From: Candidatus Cloacimonadales bacterium
Lineage (GTDB): Bacteria > Cloacimonadota > Cloacimonadia > Cloacimonadales > JAFGVF01
Length of the DNA stretch: 64,000 nt
Direction of reading: 5' to 3'
Assembly: GCA_963662585.1 (NCBI GenBank)
Contig: OY759729.1
Span: 1,859,866 to 1,923,865 of the forward strand
The notes under the pieces are model-generated. The model did not search any database. It saw nothing but the letters and a program-made list of their open reading frames with translations, and had not been told where the DNA came from. The stretch's first letter is position 1. Every line of letters begins with the position of its first letter. This document shows positions 57,356 to 64,000 of this stretch, in pieces. The translations under genes and the position numbers were made by a program.

Positions 57356-57789
57356 CTTAAATCCCGGAGGGATAACATATAATAGGGAGTGTTCGCAAGA
57401 CACTCCTAAGGACACGACTGGAAAATAGCCCTAGAAGGGCGACATACCCTAAATGTATGAAATCAAATTAATAATTTCTTTTATAATTGACCTTATGGTT
57501 TATAAACTTTATTCCTAGATATCAATGAAACAATATTTATTGAACTTGGCTTTATTACAAAACTAAACTATTTTGGTTTATATGAACCGAATAGCAGAGA
57601 ATGAGTATTTAAGAAATAGTGAAACTTAGCAAAAGATTAAGATAAAAAAACACAATGATGATTAGGGATATTATGATGATTCTGGCAGGTCAGAGGATAT
57701 ATCGCCCTTCCAGGGCTATCTTTTTGTCGCGACATCTAGGAGTGTCTTGCGAGCACTCCCTATTATATGGCATCCCTTAGGGATTTAAG
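57356..57789. mobile_element. 434-bp inverted-repeat (MITE-like) element, copy 1
   Basis: The ~94-bp left arm (57356-57449) is the imperfect reverse complement of the right arm (57695-57789). The ~245-bp core is AT-rich and has no conserved ORF. Confidence 0.55.
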
Positions 57790-57998
57790 AGGAATCACCC
57801 CCTGTATCCCCCTCATAGAAGGGGATTTAAGAGTTATTGTAGCACCCCCTGTGTCCCCCTCATAGGAGGGGGATTTAAGAAAACACCCCGTCTGCTGCGC
57901 AGCCACCCCTCTTTTAGCGTGCCTTCAGCACTAAAGTGGGGAATTTGAAGATGTTGTACCAGATTAAACTTCCATCTACACATCTTTTAGTCTGCCTT

Positions 57999-58353
57999 TT
58001 CAGATTTGCTCCAGAGGAGCAGTTTCTTGGTAGCCATGAATTTGTTAAAGAAATCCCATCGCTCCGTAGGTGCGAAGATATACAAATTATCATCATTAAA
58101 GCTTAAAATAAATAGGTTTTTTTATCATAATCTTCATTGCCATAACATAAAAAGCAATTCGCACCTACGGAGCGATTTCTTTGGGGATATGACATTTATG
58201 CTACCAAGAAATAGCTCCACTGGAGCTAGAAATTAGCACTTCAGACTTCAGTACCAAAAATGGCAGTTGAAGAGTGTGATAATCCCTCTTCTGTCGGATT
58301 GAGGACAGCTTGTCCGCTGTGAATTGATTAATAGCAGATGAATAGTCTATTAA
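57999..58353. mobile_element. 355-bp nested insertion flanked by 15-bp direct repeats, containing its own 230-bp inverted-repeat element
   Basis: CTTTTAGTCTGCCTT occurs at 57984-57998 and 58354-58368. Copies 1 and 3 of the macro-repeat are uninterrupted at this site. Internal IR arms lie at 58004-58076 and 58158-58233. Confidence 0.6.
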
Positions 58354-58437
58354 CTTTTAGTCTGCCTTGAGCAATCAAGGGGGAATTGAATAGGTAAAGA
58401 CTCTTGTTTTCTTCATCATTATAATAGTAATAGCAAT

Positions 58438-58872
58438 CTTAAATCCCGGAGGGATAACATATAATAGGGAGTGTTCGCAAGACACTCCTAAGGACACGAC
58501 CGGAAAATAGCCCTAGAAGGGCGACATACCCTAAAAGAATGAAGTCAAATTAATAATTTTTTTTATAATTGACCTTATGGTTTATAAACTTTATTCACTA
58601 GATCAATCAAACAATATTTATTGAACCTGGCTTTATTACAAAAACTAAACTATTTTGGTTTATATGAACCGAATAGCAGAGAATGAGTATTTAAGAAATA
58701 GTGAAACTTAGCAAAAGATTAAGATAAAAAAGCACAATAATGATTAGGGATATTATGATGATTCTGGCAGGTCAAAGGGATATATCGCCCTTCCAGGGCT
58801 ATCTTTTTGTCGCGACATCTAGGAGTGTCTTGCGAGCACTCCCTATTATATGGCATCCCTTAGGGATTTAAG
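58438..58872. mobile_element. 434-bp inverted-repeat (MITE-like) element, copy 2
   Basis: Same arms and core as 57356-57789, differing by a few substitutions and by 1-2-nt indels. Confidence 0.55.
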
Positions 58873-59150
58873 AGGAATCACCCCCTGTATCCCCCTCATA
58901 GAAGGGGATTTAAGGGATTATTGTAGCACCCCCTGTATCCCCCTCATAGAAGGGGATTTAAGAAAACACCCCGTCTGTTTCGCAGCCACCCCTCTTTTAG
59001 CGTGCCTTCAGCACTAAAGCGGGGAATTTGAAGATGTTGTACCAGATTAAACTTCCATCTACACATCTTTTAGTCTGCCTTGAGCAATCAAGGGGGAATT
59101 GAATAGGTAAAGACTCTTGTTTTCTTCATCATTATAATAGTAATAGCAAT

Positions 59151-59586
59151 CTTAAATCCCGGAGGGATAACATATAATAGGGAGTGTTCGCAAGACACTC
59201 CTAAGGACACGACCGGAAAATAGCCCTAGAAGGGCGGCATACCCTAAATGTATGAAATCAAATCAATAATTTCTTTTATAATTGACCTTATGGTTTATAA
59301 ACTTTATTCACTAGATATCAATGAAACAATATTTATTGAACCTGGCTTTATTACAAAACTAAACTATTTTGGTTTATATGAACCGAATAGCAGAGAATGA
59401 GTATTTAAGAAATAGTGAAACTTAGCAAAAGATTAAGATAAAAAAACACAATGATGATTAGGGATATTATGATGATTCTGGCAGGTCAAAGGGATATATC
59501 GCCCTTCCAGGGCTATCTTTTTGTCGCGACATCTAGGAGTGTCTTGCGAGCACTCCCTATTATATGGCATCCCTTAGGGATTTAAG
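59151..59586. mobile_element. 434-bp inverted-repeat (MITE-like) element, copy 3
   Basis: Same arms and core as 57356-57789. Confidence 0.55.
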
Positions 59587-59772
59587 AGGAATCACCCCCC
59601 TGTATCCCCCTCATAGAAGGGGATTTAAGGGATTATTGTAGCACCCCCTGTGTCCCCCTCATAGAAGGGGATTTAAGGGATTATTGTAGCACCCCCTGTA
59701 TCCCCCTCATAGAAGGGGATTAAGAAAAAAGGCAAGCTTTGCAGATTGCCTTCATGTTTATCTATATGTATA

Positions 59773-59813
59773 CTATTAGTCTTCAATACCTCTATTAGTC
59801 TTCAATACCTCTA
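59773..59813. repeat. 19-bp tandem duplication spanning the thiC stop codon
   Basis: CTATTAGTCTTCAATACCT occurs at 59773-59791 and 59792-59810, followed by CTA. The second copy encodes the last residues and stop of thiC on the minus strand. Confidence 0.9.
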
Positions 59814-61072
59814 TCAGTTCTGACAGCACAGAGTTTTCCACACATAGTGCAATAATCATCATCTTTTGATTCAGAGTTACTTTTTCTTGATTTAGCTAAT
59901 TCTGGGTCTAGGGAGTTAGCATAAATTGTTTCCCAATCAAATTCTCTACGAGCTTTAGATACTCTATGATCTTGTTCGATAGCCCCAGGAACTTTCTTCA
60001 CAATATCCCCAGCATGGGCAGCAATTTTAGTGGCGATAATACCTTGTTTAACATCTTCAGGAGTTGGTAAGCAGAGGTGTTCCGCAGGAGTAACATAGCA
60101 GAGGAAATCTACTCCGGCAGCAGCAGCAAGTGCTCCACCGATAGCTCCAGTGATATGGTCATAACCAGACGCGATATCTGTAACTAGTGGACCTAAGACA
60201 TAGAAAGGTGCTTCTTTACAGATAGATTTCATAATCTTAACATTCATTTCTACTTGATCTAAAGGAATATGGCCTGGTCCTTCAACCATGACTTGAACTC
60301 CTCTTTTTCTAGCTCTTTCTACTAATTCGCCTAATACTAAAAGCTCAGCAAATTGCCCTCTATCAGAAGCATCAAATTGGGAGCCAGGTCTCATTCCATC
60401 ACCGAGTGATAGTGTTACATCATATTTAGCACAAATCTCTAAAAGACGGTCGTAATGTTCATAGAGAGGATTTTCGCATTTATGATTCTTCATCCATTGT
60501 TTGATAAGTGAACCACCACGAGAAACTATGCCTAATAATCTTTCAGAAGTTTCATAAGTAGCAACACTTTGTCTGGTGATTCCACAATGAACGGTTACGA
60601 AATCCACACCTAGCTTAGCATGATTTTCTATCTCTTCAAAAAGGAGGTCAGGAGTCATATCATAGAAAGCTTTCTCTTCAGCTAATAGTCTGCTCATTAC
60701 GCTATAGATGGGCACAGTACCCACCATAATAGGAGAAGAATCAACTACTTGCTTGAGGATGGCAGCTAAATCTCCACCTGTTGATAAATCCATAATGCTA
60801 TCTGCACCATATTTTACTGAAACATTAAGTTTTTCTAATTCTTCTTCAATAACGCAATGTTTTTCTGAAGTACCGATGTTGGAATTAACCTTAGTTTTTA
60901 GTCCGTAGCCTATACCAACTGCGCTGAAGTTATGATTAATATTTTTAGGAATTACTATTCTTCCTTTGGCAACTTCTTCTCTAATGTATTCTCCATTTCT
61001 ATTTTCTTTTTGGGCTACAATCTCCATTTCTGGAGTGATAATGCCTTTTAAAGCTGATTCTAATTGTGTCAT
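59795..61072 (-). CDS. thiC: Phosphomethylpyrimidine synthase ThiC (short form)
   Basis: 425 aa with the C-terminal Fe-S motif CTMCGKLCAV and ThiC-like strings (GTVPIY, DFVTVHCG, GPGHIP). Confidence 0.93.
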   Translation of the reverse strand: MTQLESALKGIITPEMEIVAQKENRNGEYIREEVAKGRIVIPKNINHNFSAVGIGYGLKTKVNSNIGTSEKHCVIEEELEKLNVSVKYGADSIMDLSTGGDLAAILKQVVDSSPIMVGTVPIYSVMSRLLAEEKAFYDMTPDLLFEEIENHAKLGVDFVTVHCGITRQSVATYETSERLLGIVSRGGSLIKQWMKNHKCENPLYEHYDRLLEICAKYDVTLSLGDGMRPGSQFDASDRGQFAELLVLGELVERARKRGVQVMVEGPGHIPLDQVEMNVKIMKSICKEAPFYVLGPLVTDIASGYDHITGAIGGALAAAAGVDFLCYVTPAEHLCLPTPEDVKQGIIATKIAAHAGDIVKKVPGAIEQDHRVSKARREFDWETIYANSLDPELAKSRKSNSESKDDDYCTMCGKLCAVRTDRGIED

Positions 61073-61084
61073 ATTTTCCTCTAG

Positions 61085-61696
61085 TTATATGTGTAGTTTA
61101 CTGGTTATTTTCAATATTCTCTCTTCGAGATTTTCACTATTCATAAAGTATCTGACTAAACAGATGTTCTGAGCTCCCTTATAGATAACTTCTTCCGCAT
61201 TTGTTTCATCAATTCCACCGATAGCTACAACAGGTATAGGTGAAATCTCAACAACTTGTCTGATGTTAGATAAGCCTACTGCTGGGTCTGGTTTAGCCTT
61301 AGTAGGAGTGGGGAAGATAGGTCCATAACCTATATAATCAGGCTTCTGGGCTATTGCTATTCTAGCTTGTTCTAAAGAATGAGTGGAGAGTCCGTAAATT
61401 TTATCTTGGCCCAAGATGGACTTAGCTTCTTCTAAACTTAAATCATCTTGTCCTAAATGAAGACCATCAGCATTCACTATTTTAGCTATATCAGCACGGT
61501 CATTGATGATAAATTTAGTAGGGCTTGCTGAAGTTATTTTCAGAATCTCTCGACTTATAGAAATAAGCTCTCTATCAGACAGATCTTTCTCGCGAAGTTG
61601 CAGGTATTTGATATTATACTTAACTGCGATGCGAGCTATTTCTTGATAGCTGAGATGCGGTTTAGTGATTATCAGATATAAACCGAAATCAGTCAT
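61085..61696 (-). CDS. thiE: Thiamine-phosphate synthase
   Basis: LQLREKDL, GPIFPTPTK and VVAIGGI motifs. 203 aa. Confidence 0.9.
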   Translation of the reverse strand: MTDFGLYLIITKPHLSYQEIARIAVKYNIKYLQLREKDLSDRELISISREILKITSASPTKFIINDRADIAKIVNADGLHLGQDDLSLEEAKSILGQDKIYGLSTHSLEQARIAIAQKPDYIGYGPIFPTPTKAKPDPAVGLSNIRQVVEISPIPVVAIGGIDETNAEEVIYKGAQNICLVRYFMNSENLEERILKITSKLHI

Positions 61697-62469
61697 TATT
61701 TGCCTAAGCTTTCTATAATCAAGTGAGCTACTTTCTGTCCTGAGAGAAGCATTCCGCCAAAGATAGGACCCATTCTAAATGAACCACTTACACCATTAGC
61801 AGCCATTCCTGATACGAATAAACCAGGATATACTTCTTTGGTATTCACTACTGTAGCTTCCTCACCTTCTTCAACAGAGAGAGATCTTTCTCCTTGAACT
61901 TTTCCAGTTGGAGTATTAAGAGTGATATTATTCTTGTTAGCAACAGTCTTGGTTACTTCACAAGGATGACCTGTTCCATCTAAGACACATTTAGCCATAA
62001 TTACTAAAGGGTCAACATGAAGTCCTTCTCTGATAATAGTTGCCCAATTCACCACAACACCCGCTACTCTCTCTTTCTGGAAAACAACATCTTCTACTAT
62101 AAAACCATTATTAATAATAGCCCCAGCTTTGGTTGCTGCATAGATTAAAGCTGAAGTAGCATGAACAGAATCGCAAGTGACACAAGTATCATCATATCTT
62201 TCATACTTGATGTTAAATTCATCTAAGATATCAGTAGCAATATTCTGTACTACTATCTGATTGAAGAGCATAGCACCGCCCCACATTCCACCACCAGGAG
62301 CAAGCTTGGATTCAAAGACTCCAACTTTCTTACCAGCTCTGGCCAAATATGTTGCTGCCACTAAACCTGAAGGTCCAGCACCAACTATCGCAACATCCAA
62401 CTCTAAAATACTCTTCAACTTGTTAAAATAGGTATCAATAATACCTCGGGAAACTGTAAGTTCCATCAT
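61696..62469 (-). CDS. thi4: Thi4-family thiazole synthase
   Basis: VAIVGAGPSGL dinucleotide fold and a C-terminal FRMGPIFGGMLLSGQK. The true start is ATGATG at 62469/62466, after GGAGG. The track ORF extends upstream to 62643, running through the riboswitch. Confidence 0.85.
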   Translation of the reverse strand: MMELTVSRGIIDTYFNKLKSILELDVAIVGAGPSGLVAATYLARAGKKVGVFESKLAPGGGMWGGAMLFNQIVVQNIATDILDEFNIKYERYDDTCVTCDSVHATSALIYAATKAGAIINNGFIVEDVVFQKERVAGVVVNWATIIREGLHVDPLVIMAKCVLDGTGHPCEVTKTVANKNNITLNTPTGKVQGERSLSVEEGEEATVVNTKEVYPGLFVSGMAANGVSGSFRMGPIFGGMLLSGQKVAHLIIESLGK

Positions 62470-62549
62470 TCCTCCAATTAATTTTGTTTTGTTTTGGAGG
62501 ATAATGCCTTGTAGAAGGTCAAAAAAATGTAAGGTGTGTATAAAAAATC

Positions 62550-62626
62550 GCATCTCACTTCCTTCGCCGGCATTACCCGGATCAGGTTCTAAGGGTATAA
62601 TCTCAGCCTTTCGGCACCCCTGAATC
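62550..62626 (-). promoter_or_regulatory. TPP (THI-box) riboswitch aptamer
   Basis: The minus strand reads CAGGGGTGCCGAAAGGCTGAGATTATACCCTTAGAACCTGATCCGGGTAATGCCGGCGAAGGAAGTGAGATG. It contains the GGGGTGC, CTGAGA, ACCCTT, AACCTGATC..GG.TAAT.CC.GCG.AGGAA consensus blocks. Confidence 0.92.
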
Positions 62627-62676
62627 TGCATGATCTTAGCCAATAAAAAATACTAACTAAAAGTGTCAAGATTAAA

Positions 62677-62835
62677 CCCGAATGGTGCAGTAGATCTTTT
62701 AGAATAGCACTATATTCATTTGCTAAAGCATTTTACATAATTTCTCAGAGTATATATATTATACGCTGATAAATTCTGTAAAACCTTTATCTAAAAGAAT
62801 CTGCCTCTTCTGTAAAGCTCTACTGCACCATTCGG
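62677..62835. repeat. Inverted repeat with 16-17-bp arms upstream of the thi leader
   Basis: CCCGAATGGTGCAGTAG (62677-62693) versus CTACTGCACCATTCGG (62820-62835), with 16 bp perfectly complementary. The intervening 126 bp are AT-rich. Confidence 0.75.
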
Positions 62836-63061
62836 ATTAAAGCGAATATGACGAAAAAGACTGAGCGACAAAGAGGCAAAGTAAATACTCTGCACAAGAA
62901 TTAACACGAATTAAATCAAATTTCCACGAATGTAGGAGCGAAAGCTTGTAGATCGATTATTTACCACTAGAAGAAAAAAAAAAAAATAAAACTTGCCTAG
63001 ATAGACTTTTAAATTAAATTGACTTTGTATTTCAAAGTACAATGTTTGATAAGGAGTCAAG

Positions 63062-63667
63062 ATGAAGAATGCAGATGAAAGTTTAAAGTTTATAAAATCC
63101 TTAGTGGAGGATAATCGTAAGTTAGCTTTAGGAAGTGGAATGCCTTCAATAATTTGGGGTATGTTTGTAATAACAGCTCTTCTACTTACCTATTGGGGAA
63201 TACAGAAGCCAATGACTAATGGTTTGTATTATATGCTAGTTTGGATAATTGCTAGTGGTTTAGGTTGGATTGCCTCAACAATAGTTGAGAGGAAAAGAGA
63301 AAAGAGTAGTGTTTCGACATATTCTCAGCAAATACTGGGAGTGATTTGGATGTGTCACGGTATAACCATGATGATTTTAGCTTTTGTGGCAACTTCTGCA
63401 GGGGTTATAAATTATTATGCAGTATCGCCAATGATGGGTACCGTAGTTGCTTCTGCTTACTTTATTAATGGTTGGTTAAATCAATACAAGTGGTTGATGG
63501 GTATTGGAATTATTTGGTGGATTAGCTCAATAACTTTATTTTTTGTGGTTAGAATGGAAAATATTGGTGGAGCAAATACCCTTCTTTATTTTGCTGGTTT
63601 AATGTTTTTACTTCAGGTTCTTCCAGGAATTAAGTTAGAGTTGCTTTGGAGAAAGGAGAACAGATAA
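63062..63667 (+). CDS. Hypothetical polytopic membrane protein
   Basis: 201 aa with 5-6 hydrophobic helices and AAGGAG upstream. Immediately followed by the regulator gene. Confidence 0.6.
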   Translation: MKNADESLKFIKSLVEDNRKLALGSGMPSIIWGMFVITALLLTYWGIQKPMTNGLYYMLVWIIASGLGWIASTIVERKREKSSVSTYSQQILGVIWMCHGITMMILAFVATSAGVINYYAVSPMMGTVVASAYFINGWLNQYKWLMGIGIIWWISSITLFFVVRMENIGGANTLLYFAGLMFLLQVLPGIKLELLWRKENR

Positions 63668-63988
63668 ATGTCTAGTGATAATGAAGCTATATTTGATTAT
63701 AATGAGATAGATGATATAATTCACGCTCGCATCAGATTAGCTATAATGACAATTCTTTTGACTAGGGGAAAGACAGATTTTGCTACCTTAAAGAAGCAGA
63801 CTAAGACTTCAGATGGAAATTTAAGTACTCATTTGAGGAAGTTGGAAGATGCAGATTATATTGTGGTGGAAAAGAGTTTTATAGATAGAAAGCCAATTAC
63901 TATCTATTGGGTTAGTGATAATGGCAAAAAGGCTTATGCTAATTACATAGCAACAATAGAAAGATTAGTAAGTTCCAAGGAGGAATAA
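63668..63988 (+). CDS. Winged-helix transcriptional regulator (ArsR/MarR-like small wHTH)
   Basis: ARIRLAIMTILL...FATLKKQTKTSDGNLSTHLRKLEDADYIVVEK is a typical wHTH pattern. The ATG overlaps the previous stop (TAAATG). Confidence 0.7.
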   Translation: MSSDNEAIFDYNEIDDIIHARIRLAIMTILLTRGKTDFATLKKQTKTSDGNLSTHLRKLEDADYIVVEKSFIDRKPITIYWVSDNGKKAYANYIATIERLVSSKEE

Positions 63989-64000
63989 AAGTGAAAAAGA

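Larger units (their letters stand above)
57084..59722. repeat. Tandem macro-repeat: ~713-bp unit x3 plus a truncated fourth copy, non-coding
   Basis: The anchor string CACCCCCTGTATCCCCCTCATAGAAGGGGATTTAAG occurs at 57084 (variant), 57796, 58879 and 59593. The intervening sequence is near-identical. The periods are 712, 1083 (713 plus a 370-bp insertion) and 714 bp. Confidence 0.92.

Noticed and set aside
57914-58236. Track ORFs 57914-58096 (-) and 58006-58236 (+).
   Set aside because: They lie across the junction and the inverted-repeat arms of the nested insertion, and each is essentially the mirror of the other through the palindrome. There is no RBS and no recognisable protein features.
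57084-59722. The regularly spaced GC-rich palindromic repeats (36-47 bp) could be a CRISPR array. The same question applies to the 55-bp repeats at 18929-19075.
   Set aside because: The repeats abut each other or are separated by the same conserved sequence in every unit, so there are no unique spacers. The periodicity is that of a tandem macro-repeat. No cas genes are in the window.
61696-62643. A 315-aa version of the Thi4 ORF starting at 62643.
   Set aside because: The first 58 codons translate the TPP riboswitch aptamer and its expression platform. A GGAGG RBS precedes the internal ATGATG at 62469/62466, and homology to Thi4 begins there.
11640-63060. tRNA, rRNA, tmRNA or other housekeeping RNA genes in the larger spacers (11.6-11.9, 18.1-19.3, 28.0-28.3, 39.1-39.6, 44.9-45.4, 51.8-52.2, 57-59.8 and 62.6-63.1 kb).
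   Set aside because: I saw no cloverleaf-compatible sequence (no GTTCGAATC-type T-arm with a matching acceptor stem) and no rRNA-like conserved blocks. This is a by-eye negative and should be confirmed with tRNAscan-SE and Infernal.
1-64000. An autonomous mobile element, prophage or defence island (a search for transposase, integrase, RT, cas, toxin-antitoxin or restriction genes).
   Set aside because: None of the ORF-track products shows the hallmark motifs of these families. The MORN-repeat gene resembles YwqK-type proteins but has a lipoprotein signal and no partner toxin. The mobile-looking elements here are therefore non-autonomous at best.

Overview
This is a low-GC bacterial chromosome segment (roughly one-third G+C by eye, not computed). 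It is densely coding and mostly on the + strand. Outer-membrane barrels, a TolC-type duct, an Omp85-like protein and many lipobox lipoproteins show the organism is diderm. The gene content suggests an anaerobic fermenter such as a Cloacimonadota/FCB-type lineage, but that is only a guess.

Gene order:
- Truncated rplA, then rplJ-rplL-rpoB-rpoC-rpsL-rpsG, ending at a strong terminator with no fusA/tuf.
- A poly-gamma-glutamate locus: pgsB, pgsC, a non-canonical third membrane protein, a secreted protein, a predicted OM barrel and a tiny poly-Asp-tailed protein.
- gpsA, a 1.2-kb repeat-filled spacer, a WecA/MraY-family transferase, an MBL hydrolase and three envelope proteins of unknown function.
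- pcrA/uvrD, an OM barrel, dxr, comEC and an Omp85-like barrel.
- A TetR-TolC-MFP-RND efflux operon, a PflX-like radical SAM protein and an AEC transporter (- strand).
- A Na+-pump-type methylmalonyl-CoA decarboxylase cluster.
- A TetR-HlyD-ABC-ABC-ABC2-ABC2 (ybhGFSR-like) operon and a MORN-repeat lipoprotein (- strand).
- Two tandem paralogous FGE-sulfatase-domain lipoproteins, then a 2.85-kb gene-free repeat region.
- A TPP-riboswitch-controlled thi4-thiE-thiC operon (- strand), then a membrane protein plus winged-helix regulator pair.

I recognised no tRNA, rRNA, CRISPR array, cas gene, transposase, integrase or reverse transcriptase.

The most unusual content is non-coding. A family of mosaic hairpin modules and long inverted-repeat (MITE-like) elements fills several intergenic regions. 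It includes a ~713-bp unit repeated three times in tandem, with a nested insertion flanked by 15-bp direct repeats. It also includes heptamer arrays that begin exactly at stop codons.

Protein-level oddities:
- An ~80-aa RpoB insertion that looks like an L7/L12 C-terminal domain.
- A non-consensus RpoC catalytic-loop flank (NADFDGDQMGCYIPLS).
- A double-biotinyl carrier protein.
- The non-canonical PGA export module.

All calls are from reading the sequence and the ORF track. No searches were run.
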